From: a virus
Length of the DNA: 64,000 bases
IMG/VR virus record: IMGVR_UViG_3300009376_000001
Direction: 5' to 3' (one strand)
Below are positions 10,144 to 20,854 of the stretch, one piece after another. The translations under genes and the position numbers were made by a program. The number at the start of each line of letters is the position of its first letter. The first letter of the stretch is position 1. The notes beneath the pieces are model-generated. The model saw nothing but the letters and a program-made list of their open reading frames with translations. It had not been told where the DNA came from and searched no databases.

Positions 10144-11159
10144 TAGCTAGACCTCCCATTTGAAGGTCGTGGATAGTAATACAAGGTCTGAGGAGTAAGC
10201 TCACCAGACTGATTACGCATCCCGTTTACCAGTTTGAAATGCCCTCGGAGGTCATTAGCATCCGTCTGTTTGACGATTTGTTCGATGCCGTCAACGAATT
10301 GTTCAGCAACTTGCTCTTCATCAGACTTTTGGAAAGACTCACCTTCTACACCGATGCGCTGGTCTGGCATCATTTGTGTAGAAACGGCTTCAGCTTGCTG
10401 CTCTTCACCATAAATGGGAGTGCGAGTAGCCATATCACCGTGAGAAGGATTAAGATTGAAGCTCTTCAAGCCTTTGCGTATGCCATCTTTGACATCTTTA
10501 GCAACGGACTTTTTGAGTTCAGAAATCTCGCCTTGCATTGAAGCATAATGTTGCTTTTCTTGCTCACGAGAACTTAGAAGACCTTTGATGTCCTTTAGAA
10601 GTTCGTTGATGCCATCGGCACTGCGGGCCATGTAATTCTTTTCCATGTCCTCGTCTTCTTCGTCCATCATTTCTTCATCGTCGGCAACATCTTCTTCGAT
10701 ATCTTCGACTTCGTCTTCCATTATGTCTTCGTCATCACCATTCTCATGATGATCTTTTTCTAGACCTTCTGGAATCCGACTGGAATCGCCAGGATACGAG
10801 TATCCTCCGGCTCCATGCATGCCATCAGCCCGTGGGCCACCAGCTTGCACTGCTTGTCCATCAACCATATGTTTTGCGAAGTCAGCCAAAATAGCTTCAA
10901 GATCGCTCTTATGGAGGTATGGATCAGTTCCCTGAGCACCAGCTTTGGTAGAATTGGTACCAGATGAACCCATCTGATTCCGACCTACTGTATCGCCACC
11001 ACTAAGGGGATTTAACTTGTCCACCCAATCATCCGGCAATGCTTTCTGAGAGGCATCTTCGCCACGAACATGGGGTGGATAATTCACTCCATACTCTTTG
11101 ACGATATACTCTCGCAAAGCCTTCAAGATGGGCAGAAGTTCTGAAGTATTGGAAGCCAT
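10143..11159 (-). CDS. Capsid scaffolding protein
   Basis: Acidic and coiled-coil; between protease and capsid; strong RBS. Confidence 0.65.
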   Translation of the reverse strand: MASNTSELLPILKALREYIVKEYGVNYPPHVRGEDASQKALPDDWVDKLNPLSGGDTVGRNQMGSSGTNSTKAGAQGTDPYLHKSDLEAILADFAKHMVDGQAVQAGGPRADGMHGAGGYSYPGDSSRIPEGLEKDHHENGDDEDIMEDEVEDIEEDVADDEEMMDEEDEDMEKNYMARSADGINELLKDIKGLLSSREQEKQHYASMQGEISELKKSVAKDVKDGIRKGLKSFNLNPSHGDMATRTPIYGEEQQAEAVSTQMMPDQRIGVEGESFQKSDEEQVAEQFVDGIEQIVKQTDANDLRGHFKLVNGMRNQSGELTPQTLYYYPRPSNGRSS

Positions 11160-11249
11160 ACTTTGCCCCTCCTAATAGGACTAACTATTATAATAGTATA
11201 AAATATTATAGGTGTCTATATTTTTACCAAAAAATTGCAATAATTATTT

Positions 11250-14162
11250 TTATCTAGGTCGTAAACTTGAATCAAACTCTAATTCTTTAATGTTATAACA
11301 TTCTGGACAAATCATAGGATCTGGTTTTTGTATGATATCTGTAATATATGATTTAGGATTCATTGGAGTAACACACAACGTTACTTCATAAATCTCCAAA
11401 TCAGTTACTTCCGTCCAACATTTACCATGTTCACAAATAGTTTTCTTATCTTTTGCATTACCTGCAATAGAAAATCCTCGCATTCCGCCTTTTAAGACCT
11501 CAGCCATAGCTTTTCTAGAAACTTCTAAATCAGTTCTAAACGCTGCAACCACAAACAGTCCTTCAGGTCGAACCTCGGTTTTCCATTCTTTCCCCGTGGC
11601 ATCTACAAATCTACGTAGAATTTGACCAACCTGGATGCCCGAATGGAAAATGTTCATATTGGCAAATTCTTTTTTACCTAAGAATTTATTCATAGCCCGT
11701 CGCATGCCATCCAAACCAATACGATGACCTTCACGGTCTACAATATAATAATTACCCCATCCAGCAACCACTAAAGTACGACCTGTATCCATTTTTTGAA
11801 TGGAATTCTCAGTTAATACTTTAAACGCTTCATGCTCTCCCAAAGATTCTGGCGTATCACCCTTACCTAACACATAGCTACCTAAATCTTGAGACAATAA
11901 CGCCAAATTGGTGTATTGTTCCGCTGCATTATCATTAATACTGCGTAATCGATGGTCTTCATCTATAAATTGTCTAGTAGCTCGTTCATGTTCTGGTTTC
12001 TGAGATATTGCCGTAGGAGCATATGCTTCTTCATCGTCAGCAATCACATAACTACTAGCTTGATCTAGTCCAATAGGCTGCTGTTCTTTCGGAATTTGAT
12101 GTTCCTGATCTGAAGCTCTTTGCTCCGCATCATCATCTTCGGAATCTCCAGGCTTATGTCGCTCTACAGAACGAGGAGGACGAGTATTATCATCAGATGG
12201 ATATGGAAGTTGAGATACACCTTCATAAGATCCAGCATCCATTGAGTCTTTCAATTGTAAAGCTGAATTATATTTACGTTCTCGTCCAGTACGTCCACCA
12301 TGTGTAGCGGTATGAGTTGCATCTCCTCCGCTTCCTCCAGTGGACATAGCAGTACCTCCACTAAATCCTCCACCGCCTCCGTCGCCTCCAGCACCTCCGC
12401 CTCCACCTGCGCCACCTCCGCCCCCACCTTCTTTCAAAACAGGAGTACGATTAATAGGCTTTAAATTAGAATCATAATCAGATTCTAAATCGGTATCTGT
12501 AGCATCAGCAGGAGCAATCATGGTAACACTGCCATCACCTCCGCCTTCAACCCCCTCTCCGCCCGTACCACCAGAAGCTTTCGTATTTACATCTACTCCA
12601 TCAGTTTCTTCAGGAGAAATATCTATAACAGCACCAGATGAAAAAGCTTGTGTTCCTGTACCAGTTTCTGCACTGGAAAGAGCTTCTCGTCCATCCTCAT
12701 CAGGATCAATAGGCTTTTGAGCATCCCTTTCATTATTAGCATATGCCTTCATAGCTAAGGAGGATTTTTTATTTTCCTCCTCTTCTTTTATCCGACGATA
12801 ATGCTGAGAAGAAGCCATTGTTCCGTCATTTAAAGCTTCAGGATCGTCTACGCCTAATCCACCTTCATTAGATTGCTTTTGTATAGGCTTAGAAGGAACC
12901 CGACCTTCATCTATATCTGAATATTCCAGATTTTTAAAGTTATCATGTTGAGCTTTAATACGACTCGGAACGGTAGCAGTGCCTAATTGATTAGGTTTAC
13001 GGTCATTTTTATTTGATTGCTGGATGCCCTGATCATCATCTCCTGTGCTGAAAGAAGAAGTTGCTCCCTCAACAACATTACCAACTGCACTGCCAATACC
13101 TGATGCAACAGCCCCGACTCCACGAGCTACTCCTCCAGCAATTGCACCCAAAGCAGGAAGAATCTTTTCTATTTCTTGTCCACGGACCTGATGAAGCTTA
13201 TCTTGCCCCTCTACATCATCGCCTTCTTTAAGCTTTACTTTATTAGGAGTAAATACATCCCCAACAGAACTAAAAGGATCTCCTAAATCAGAAACATCTC
13301 GCTGTTTACTAAAAGCGAACCATTCTCCATCTTGTTGAGTTAATCTAATCTCAACTCCGCCAGCATCAGCATTCTTAACTAAGAAAGCAAAACCTTCTTC
13401 CGCATCATTAGGAATATATTCCCGCATGATAACGTTAGGTTTCTTTTCATCAGTTTTATAATTAGCAGGACTCTCTAAATCTTCGTCACTGGTATAGATA
13501 AGGTCACGTACATCTTTTTGTACGCCCTCTATTTCTTCTTCTTTATGTTCTCCGGCTTCCCACGGCTGTTCAGAAACTTCTGCCCATTTTTCGTTCCTCT
13601 CAGCCATAGGTACAGGCTTAAAAAGATCACAATACATCTCTTCTTTGACAGGAAGGTCTATCTTTGTACAATATCCGCCTGCAGCAAAAAAGATACAGGT
13701 ATGACATTCTTCAGCTTCTTTCTCAGAAGGACGATAATTAATAAAATCTAAAACGTCTAAATTACTACGATTATGTTTAATTAGGTTGAGAAAACTCTCT
13801 TCAGAAAATTCTTTAACTAATTCAATACCATCTAAAGACGAAGCTAAATGATCATGTCCTATAGCTGCTAGCATATCCCTAACATGGTCATTACGTGCCT
13901 GAAGAATTTCCCTTAACGCAGCAAAAGAAGGATCAGAACCTTTCTCTTCATCGTCATGAATCTGAGCAACTTGATTATAAAATACAGAAGCTGCTTTCTC
14001 CCCATCAGGACCAGCATAAAGATTATTTCCGTCTAGACGCACAAAAAACACATCATTATGATGTGCTAATTCCACAGCATGGGATTGATCTTGATAAAGA
14101 CTGAGGATATCAATATCCTCTAATTCTTTTATTAATGCATCTAAAGCGTTTAAGTCAGTCAT
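11250..14162 (-). CDS. Prohead serine protease with about 790-aa N-terminal extension
   Basis: C-terminal domain VVAGWG..VDREGH..NIFHSG..GFSIAG..EIYEVTLC..PMNP; N-terminal part has a HiPIP-like Cys motif and Gly-rich low-complexity tracts. Confidence 0.8.
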   Translation of the reverse strand: MTDLNALDALIKELEDIDILSLYQDQSHAVELAHHNDVFFVRLDGNNLYAGPDGEKAASVFYNQVAQIHDDEEKGSDPSFAALREILQARNDHVRDMLAAIGHDHLASSLDGIELVKEFSEESFLNLIKHNRSNLDVLDFINYRPSEKEAEECHTCIFFAAGGYCTKIDLPVKEEMYCDLFKPVPMAERNEKWAEVSEQPWEAGEHKEEEIEGVQKDVRDLIYTSDEDLESPANYKTDEKKPNVIMREYIPNDAEEGFAFLVKNADAGGVEIRLTQQDGEWFAFSKQRDVSDLGDPFSSVGDVFTPNKVKLKEGDDVEGQDKLHQVRGQEIEKILPALGAIAGGVARGVGAVASGIGSAVGNVVEGATSSFSTGDDDQGIQQSNKNDRKPNQLGTATVPSRIKAQHDNFKNLEYSDIDEGRVPSKPIQKQSNEGGLGVDDPEALNDGTMASSQHYRRIKEEEENKKSSLAMKAYANNERDAQKPIDPDEDGREALSSAETGTGTQAFSSGAVIDISPEETDGVDVNTKASGGTGGEGVEGGGDGSVTMIAPADATDTDLESDYDSNLKPINRTPVLKEGGGGGGAGGGGGAGGDGGGGGFSGGTAMSTGGSGGDATHTATHGGRTGRERKYNSALQLKDSMDAGSYEGVSQLPYPSDDNTRPPRSVERHKPGDSEDDDAEQRASDQEHQIPKEQQPIGLDQASSYVIADDEEAYAPTAISQKPEHERATRQFIDEDHRLRSINDNAAEQYTNLALLSQDLGSYVLGKGDTPESLGEHEAFKVLTENSIQKMDTGRTLVVAGWGNYYIVDREGHRIGLDGMRRAMNKFLGKKEFANMNIFHSGIQVGQILRRFVDATGKEWKTEVRPEGLFVVAAFRTDLEVSRKAMAEVLKGGMRGFSIAGNAKDKKTICEHGKCWTEVTDLEIYEVTLCVTPMNPKSYITDIIQKPDPMICPECYNIKELEFDSSLRPR

Positions 14163-14171
14163 TAACTAAAG

Positions 14172-15359
14172 TCATCCTATACTTGGTTGGATGGCACGTT
14201 GTGTGGGAGCCGATGGACTAGAACCCCCAAATAGCGGAGCATGACGTGCGCCTGTCTCTCTCATTGCGGTAGCTTCATTTACATTACCAGGAAGAGCACG
14301 TGATCCTCCGCCTGGAGTCATAGCATAGACCTGCTCGCCTCCCGTCTGCTTCTCTATTCCCTCTTGTTCAGGAGACTCCTGAACATTATGAGAGGGTCAT
14401 TTATCGCAGTCTTCGTCTTCAGGACCTGTCTCCAGACCATCGGCAGACATGCCCAAACCATCTATGGCGGAGCCTCCACTACTATTAGGCATCATTTCCA
14501 AATCTTGAGAGACAGCGTTAGCTTTTTCCACCGACAAAAAATCAGATAATTCAAAAACATCTGGCTCATAGTATAGGAAGGCGGATAAAAAGGCAGGTTC
14601 GTTCACTGTATCTATACTTTTCGCTATATTCATACTAGATTCCCACCAATCTTTAGTAGGACGTGTCGATCGATTTGTTAGCATCTGATGAACTATTGTT
14701 CCTTCGACCAAATCTTCTGCATTAATACTTTCATCTAAATCAAATGATTTTAAAATACTAATATCATCAACTAAAGCAGTATCGCCATCCTGTTTAGGCA
14801 ATACACGATCCACGGAACCCCAAATTTTCAGAATATCAATAGATTTAGCATGAGTACGGACTACAGAACTCACAAAATCATTTGATTTTGTAACATCATT
14901 CGTCTCATCTTCGTCATCTTCAGTAGTAGCGTATCGATTTAAAAAGGGTTCAGCAATACTGGATTCAGAATTTTCCTGCTCATGTCTCTCTAAGTTAGTA
15001 TTCTGATCATATTCCCCTTTTTCTACATCATCACCTTGAATCTTTGAAGATATTTTATCTCCAATAGCTTCTCCAATAGCAGGAGCAGCTGCTCTAGCTA
15101 CTGTACCCATTAAGCCAGATTTCTCTACTTCGTTTTCAGACTGATAAGGATCATCCCCGTTAGTACTATCCACATTTACATGCACAGACGGAGCTTTAGC
15201 AGGCTGGTGGTCTGACGTATGCCAGTGCATAACATCAGGACACCAATGGTCAGCCTCAGGCAATTCATCTTCGGTCTTCTGCAAATGCGAAGACTCAATA
15301 GAATCAATCATTAAATGTAGGCCATTTACGAAATCTAAATCAGCTTGGGACTGCGTCAT
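14172..15359 (-). CDS. Head-module protein: 320 aa to the UGA at 14397-14399, 395 aa with readthrough
   Basis: Track ORF 14397..15359. The same frame stays open for 74 more codons after TGA and ends 10 nt before the protease start. Confidence 0.6.
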
Positions 15360-15666
15360 TTTGCCAAACCTCCGGCGGTGCCACCAATATCACAGGTGGA
15401 TGATATGCATTACAAAGATGATAAATAGTAGAAGACGATGCTTCTCTCATAGCCATTATCTTGAATACTTCAAATAATTCAATATCCACAAATTGTACTG
15501 CTGGGCCATCAACACCTACATCAATCGCTGCCCAACGATTTGGATAATTCTCAATTAAATCAGACCTATTGCTCAATAACCATTGCACATTTGCTGACCG
15601 ATTAATTTCAACTTCTGCTTTCATTTTAGCCTTACCTATCTCCTTCCTTACCTTTGACAAAACCAT
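15340..15666 (-). CDS. DUF5678-like protein
   Basis: WLLSNRSDLIENYPNRWAAI resembles the DUF5678 pattern. Confidence 0.45.
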   Translation of the reverse strand: MVLSKVRKEIGKAKMKAEVEINRSANVQWLLSNRSDLIENYPNRWAAIDVGVDGPAVQFVDIELFEVFKIMAMREASSSTIYHLCNAYHPPVILVAPPEVWQNDAVPS

Positions 15667-15680
15667 ACCTTACCTTACCA

Positions 15681-16106
15681 TTACCCAAGATATTCTTGAT
15701 TATAAGAATTTAAAGACTGTAGTCCAGGATCTGGACACGTATTATTTATCGGTGTCGAATTCTTAGGAATATAATATTTATTAGTCGCATCTAAAAATCG
15801 TTCATATAAATAATACCAAAGATTCTCAGAAAATTCCTCTACTGTACAACCACGTGTTTGAGCATCTCGTCCGGCTTCTGCCTTCCAACGTTCTAAAACT
15901 CGTAATTTCCAATCATTAAAATCTAAATTATATGAGTTCTTTGGTTCAATAACTTTACCTGGCGTAGGCATACGAGTTTCTCCATAGCCTCCTACGTCAG
16001 CATAATAAAAATCATCAAACGCATCCCATAATGCGTCTTGAAATTCATTGTAATTATGGAATTGTCTAGAAACAACTAATCCAGGCTGATGCTTAGTCTG
16101 TTTCAT
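15681..16106 (-). CDS. Hypothetical protein
   Basis: 141-aa ORF in the operon. Confidence 0.6.
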   Translation of the reverse strand: MKQTKHQPGLVVSRQFHNYNEFQDALWDAFDDFYYADVGGYGETRMPTPGKVIEPKNSYNLDFNDWKLRVLERWKAEAGRDAQTRGCTVEEFSENLWYYLYERFLDATNKYYIPKNSTPINNTCPDPGLQSLNSYNQEYLG

Positions 16107-16167
16107 TTACGGCTCTATAGGAGCTATTTTCTCTATTTGGTTTGGACACCAACGAGCAGGCTCAAAA

Positions 16168-16620
16168 TTAGGTTCCGGATCCGGCTGAATCCGTGGATTC
16201 GTCTTTGGTACTACTGTCGGTTTCGTCTTCGGTGATGTTGGCATCTATCTCTATCTCCTTAGCAAGGAATTTATATAGTTTTAATTTTAAATCGTATCCC
16301 GCATCTGATCCTGTTCCCCAACGAAAAGTCGTAGGAACAATAGCTAACAGTGTTCTTGCTAAAAATTCATCAATGGGCAAAGACTCAGTAAGTGAAGAAA
16401 TCTGAGTAGGTTGCCCTTTCTTTTGTCTAGTTAAAGAACTAATTCCTCTCCAAACATCATATCTAAAAGATGACCAATTGGTGACTAAATCTTCTAGAGG
16501 AGCATTCGGTATTAGTCCTGAGCCAGAACACATAACCCAATCCAAAAGAAGAAGCTCTTCTTCTGTAACCGTAATGTTTTCTACAACTGGAAGTTCCCAG
16601 CCGTCATCCCCTAGTACCAT
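16168..16620 (-). CDS. Hypothetical protein
   Basis: 150-aa ORF, GAGGT RBS. Confidence 0.6.
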   Translation of the reverse strand: MVLGDDGWELPVVENITVTEEELLLLDWVMCSGSGLIPNAPLEDLVTNWSSFRYDVWRGISSLTRQKKGQPTQISSLTESLPIDEFLARTLLAIVPTTFRWGTGSDAGYDLKLKLYKFLAKEIEIDANITEDETDSSTKDESTDSAGSGT

Positions 16621-16657
16621 ATACTACCTCGCATGCCTACGGCAGCTAAATACCGCC

Positions 16658-17200
16658 TCAAGCAGCTTCTAAATGACTTGGATCGCCTTTTTTATGCTTA
16701 CATTTAGCACGAGATTGTTTATCCAAATATCTATTAATTAACGTAACAGGGTCAGCAGATCGATTAAAACCGCCTTCCTGTGGGCCATAGGTCGCAAATG
16801 AAGCAGCAGATGGACCCGTACTGCCTCCCCCTGATCCCGGCTGTGAGGTAGCATGGATACCCATTGAGCCGCCACCAGGAGCACTACCCCAATTAGTAGT
16901 AGGAGCCTGATATACAGTACCAGAACGTCCAATAGTGCCTGAAGCTCCTACTGCCCCACACATATTCTGAGTACACGCTTTGCCTATTTCAGAGCCTTTT
17001 TCATGCCCACAAGGAAAAGTATGTTCATGTTTTTCTACATAACCATCGATAGCTTTCTTAATTAATGAAACTATCATAGATTTAGACGCAAAATCACTAA
17101 GCTTGTCTTCACTCATGCTAGTTTTAGTCTTCTTACCAGCACGAGCACGAGCAAGCTCAGCACCCATAAATCGACGTTGTTTCTCTGATTTAGCTGGCAT
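16658..17200 (-). CDS. Putative internal head protein (MPAKSEKQRRFMG N-terminus)
   Basis: N-terminal motif common in small phage proteins; Gly/Ser-rich; LIKK/VEK motifs. Confidence 0.55.
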   Translation of the reverse strand: MPAKSEKQRRFMGAELARARAGKKTKTSMSEDKLSDFASKSMIVSLIKKAIDGYVEKHEHTFPCGHEKGSEIGKACTQNMCGAVGASGTIGRSGTVYQAPTTNWGSAPGGGSMGIHATSQPGSGGGSTGPSAASFATYGPQEGGFNRSADPVTLINRYLDKQSRAKCKHKKGDPSHLEAA

Positions 17201-17838
17201 TTATCCTTGATAAGACCAAGAGCGAGAACCTTCTTCTAAATCATCACTCTTAAGTATTTTACGAGAAGCTACATCACTAGTAGGAGTACGAGGAGGTGTC
17301 AAAAAACGTTCACCTGTCTCAGTGTCTACCGCATGTCCCATCTCACTCTGATGGCCTTCACCGATATTAGTTTTAGCCTCTTCCTCATCGGCAGCACTCA
17401 TCATGCCATGAGCTTGTGAAATTTTTCTAGATTCCGGCGGGCCTGAGCGATTCCGTTTGAAATCAGGAGCCATCTTCGGAGATCTAACACCACGTGTCTC
17501 GCTACCCATCTGAGCGTCATATGGCTCTTGCAAATGACCATATTCCGCATCGTAGTCAGTTTCTTTCTCTACATATTGTTCAATGGCTTTGATTAAAGTA
17601 GCTTCTTCCGACTCATCATCAGAGAGAACTATTACAGGCTGTTGAGAAAGAATCGGAGAATCATAATTATTAGTTGCGCCCTTTACAGGCTCCAATATCT
17701 GATCTTTAAGACCAGGTTCTCCTTTAGGAGAATAAATATCAGTAACAGCTAAACGATTCATACCGCTGTAATCACCGATACGAATCTTGTCATCCGCCAC
17801 TTCGGGAAAATCCTTCCTTCCTTTAAAATCAGGCATCA
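17201..17838 (-). CDS. Putative internal head protein
   Basis: Likely start at MMPDFK after GGAGGAG; LIKA/VEK/ILKS motifs. Confidence 0.55.
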
Positions 17839-18038
17839 TTCTCCTCCACGCTAAACTCTTCCACAAGTTCTCTTTTTAAATTATCCGTAATATTATAGAT
17901 AGATTTACGAATTAGCCGTCGCAATGCATTACGCTGACCCGATTCAACGTAAAAACCTTCTACAATAGTTAAGGTTTCCCTAACTATAGCAGAAACAGCC
18001 TTATCGTACTTAGCGTCCCAGCTATTCGTATCTTCCAT
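17829..18038 (-). CDS. Hypothetical protein
   Basis: 69-aa ORF overlapping the next gene start. Confidence 0.55.
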   Translation of the reverse strand: MEDTNSWDAKYDKAVSAIVRETLTIVEGFYVESGQRNALRRLIRKSIYNITDNLKRELVEEFSVEENDA

Positions 18039-18079
18039 TAATTTAACTCATGTAAAACAATTTTACCACATTCTGAGAA

Positions 18080-18229
18080 TTAATTCACGTAAAACTCAGA
18101 TTGGCAGTCTTCAGAGCAAAAGGTTTCTCCAGAATCTCCATCTACCACACATATATCACATACCATAGACTCACAGTAATCACATTCTATGGCATCTTCT
18201 GTCCAATCGCTACAAATTGTACATCTCAT
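18080..18229 (-). CDS. Small Cys-rich zinc-finger protein (49 aa)
   Basis: MRCTICSDWTEDAIECDYCESMVCDIC...FCSEDC; ATGA overlap with the upstream gene; not in the track. Confidence 0.55.
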   Translation of the reverse strand: MRCTICSDWTEDAIECDYCESMVCDICVVDGDSGETFCSEDCQSEFYVN

Positions 18230-18813
18230 CGTATAAGCTTGACCACTGAGGTAACATTACCTCTAACTCGACTAGAATATTTAGGCAATGCTGATTGGTT
18301 ATGCTGAATAAAAGAACGTACATGCTCACAACGTTTACGTTGTGTAACGTTTATATCGCAATCTAAATGATGTACTACTAACTTATGTTTTACATCCATA
18401 TATTTAAAAAGCCGATATACATATTCAAAATCTTGAGTTAATACTGTAATCTCTCGTAATTGGTACGTATCATAAAATGGACGACTAGACTTAGTCTTAG
18501 ATACCGTACACGGCATACAATACGTCTTATCTACTTTAATTAATTTCCCACACTCACAATAGTTATCAGGAACTTTAACCGTAACCCATAATTCTTCTTG
18601 AGTAGGATTATGCCTAATTAGACATTTAGCTCCTTTCCAAGTTTGAAATTTATGTTTAATACGAGTATGTAATCGACATTTAGAAGAAGAATTACCCGAT
18701 GTGTGCCACTTATCTAAATCATGCCTAATTACATAAGTTTTATTTTCTACAGCCCTATACCATTTTTTCCATTCAGGATCTGTATCAATATTCACAGTAG
18801 TTAATTCAGGCAA
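18226..18813 (-). CDS. Hypothetical Cys/His-rich protein
   Basis: 195 aa with CECG...CMPC and a SWIM-like C-terminus. Confidence 0.55.
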   Translation of the reverse strand: MPELTTVNIDTDPEWKKWYRAVENKTYVIRHDLDKWHTSGNSSSKCRLHTRIKHKFQTWKGAKCLIRHNPTQEELWVTVKVPDNYCECGKLIKVDKTYCMPCTVSKTKSSRPFYDTYQLREITVLTQDFEYVYRLFKYMDVKHKLVVHHLDCDINVTQRKRCEHVRSFIQHNQSALPKYSSRVRGNVTSVVKLIR

Positions 18814-19953
18814 TTACCATTCCTCAATGTCTGAATCTACAGCTACTTCTTCGAATATTTCCTCATTGTGGTCAGTAAATATATCACATACTGTCAACTC
18901 TAAGGATAATAAATCATCACTATTTGATTTTTGTAGCTGAGTGAACATAGTAGCAATTCTAGAAAGCTTACTTTGTTTCACATTCTTAGAAATTTCTTTT
19001 AATCGTTCAACCGTATCAGATGGGCGATAAACTGTCAATTCATTCATAATATACATACAATCTGCTGCCAATTTAACCATAAATTCAGCAACTTCTACCG
19101 GATTAGCCCCTAAATCCCATAATTGTCTAATAAGTAAGAACCCTTCAGTTAATGTACCAGTACAGCAAATTTGAAACAATTCAAGCGATACTTGCTCAAT
19201 TTCACCATATAAAAACTTAATTACCTGCTCTGGAGGCTCTGAATCAGATAACGTAAGCACCATATCTAAAATATTTTCCGCATCTCTTAAAGAACCATCA
19301 GATTTTCCGATAATACTAATTAAAATATCACGAGACACAGTTCGTTGCTCTGATACGCAAATTCTAGCCAACTTATCTAACATTGCTTTAGGTAGAACTT
19401 TTTTAAACAAAAGAATCTGGCATCTAGAAGATAATGTAACGAATGCTTTATCAGTATCTGTCTCCGACGAAGGATTCTCTGTTGTGCAGAAGACAAAATG
19501 AACATGCTTAGGAGGCTCTTCAACTATTTTTAATAGAGCATTTAATGCTGCTGCAGTTAATTGATGAGCTTCATCGATAATAATAAATTTCTTATCAACA
19601 TGCTGGGGGCGAAGATGTACAGTCTCGATTAACTCACGAACTGCTTCTATTCCTCTATTCGATGCTGCATCTATTTCCATAGCGTCGTGTATTGCGAATT
19701 TACATCCCACACATGTACCACATGCTGTAAATCCTTTTAATTGCTCGCAGTTTGCAACTTTGCACAATATTCTAGCTATTGATGTTTTCCCACTTCCACG
19801 TGGCCCACGAAATAAGTACGCACCTGCAAGTCGTTGTTTTAAAACAGCATTGGATAGAACACGAGAAATTGCATCTTGTCCAACAATTTCATTTAAATTC
19901 TGAGGTCTATATCTATTAAATAAGTTTACCTGGGTGACCATCATCAATCTCAA
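18814..19953 (-). CDS. dnaX: DNA polymerase III gamma/tau-like clamp-loader ATPase
   Basis: RYRPQ..EIVGQ, Walker A GPRGSGKTS, Cys cluster, EIDAASNRG, IIDEAHQL, NALLKIVEEPP, SRCQ, GSLRDA. Confidence 0.92.
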   Translation of the reverse strand: MRLMMVTQVNLFNRYRPQNLNEIVGQDAISRVLSNAVLKQRLAGAYLFRGPRGSGKTSIARILCKVANCEQLKGFTACGTCVGCKFAIHDAMEIDAASNRGIEAVRELIETVHLRPQHVDKKFIIIDEAHQLTAAALNALLKIVEEPPKHVHFVFCTTENPSSETDTDKAFVTLSSRCQILLFKKVLPKAMLDKLARICVSEQRTVSRDILISIIGKSDGSLRDAENILDMVLTLSDSEPPEQVIKFLYGEIEQVSLELFQICCTGTLTEGFLLIRQLWDLGANPVEVAEFMVKLAADCMYIMNELTVYRPSDTVERLKEISKNVKQSKLSRIATMFTQLQKSNSDDLLSLELTVCDIFTDHNEEIFEEVAVDSDIEEW

Positions 19954-20410
19954 TTATTTGACGTTTAAATTCTTCAACCTTATCTAATACTTCAGTATTT
20001 TGACCGATGCGAGCAATATGTTCTAAATGATCAATACGTTCATACATTTTATTAAGACGTTTTGTGTACCCCCGCTTAGTCTTCATATCAGTGGCTGAAG
20101 CTTTAGCATCTTCCAAAGCTTCTAATTTCACGTTAACTTCTCGCATCACATCGGAGATAAATATGTTGTACGCTTCCACCAATTCCTCAATATCGTCTTC
20201 TTCAACATCGGCTTTAACCACGAATAGATTTTTATCCAATGTTTTAAGGGACTTAAAACTATTCGACGAATACGGCATGCAGTACACGCTTTGATTACGT
20301 AAGGCTGCGCCAACACGCCGTAAACCACGAAGCAACCGCACCCTACGGGCCGATTCTTTTGACCCCATGTCGAAAAAGACAAAGCTCCACTCCTTTAATT
20401 GTGTGTCCAT
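19916..20410 (-). CDS. ChrB_N/PaaX-like (Cas2-fold) protein
   Basis: WSFVFFDM..SARRVRLLRGLRRVGA...QSVYCMP pattern. Confidence 0.5.
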   Translation of the reverse strand: MDTQLKEWSFVFFDMGSKESARRVRLLRGLRRVGAALRNQSVYCMPYSSNSFKSLKTLDKNLFVVKADVEEDDIEELVEAYNIFISDVMREVNVKLEALEDAKASATDMKTKRGYTKRLNKMYERIDHLEHIARIGQNTEVLDKVEEFKRQIIEIDDGHPGKLI

Positions 20411-20464
20411 ACCTTTACCTTGTACCTTTCTTTGATTAGATGTTATAAGTATACCAAATTTAAA

Positions 20465-20686
20465 TCACGAAGTCAATACTGAGTTTAATCGTTCTAGAGG
20501 GGTAGTCCCCGCAGAAAAGGTACATCCGTCCCATTTCCAATCACAGCGTAAACATCGATGAGGAAGATTGGGAGTCATAGTAGCATCCTCAAAATGTGTG
20601 ACTCCAATTGAACCACACTGAGGACAACATTCGTGCTGAGTAGTACCGTCTGTATTCTCATTTACCGAAAAATAAACCTGAACCAT
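20465..20686 (-). CDS. Small zinc-ribbon protein
   Basis: CPQCG...RCLRCDWKW; AAGGAG RBS. Confidence 0.55.
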   Translation of the reverse strand: MVQVYFSVNENTDGTTQHECCPQCGSIGVTHFEDATMTPNLPHRCLRCDWKWDGCTFSAGTTPLERLNSVLTS

Positions 20687-20854
20687 ACCATTTCTCCTTT
20701 TACCATAACCTAAGATTGTATCTATATATATTAACTATATATTACTCATTTAAAGACATATATCTTTATATATCTACATAACGCACTTGATAATTTCTAC
20801 AAAAAGTTAGATGATATATCAAGTGCGTATAATTTAACGCATTTGGAGGTATAT

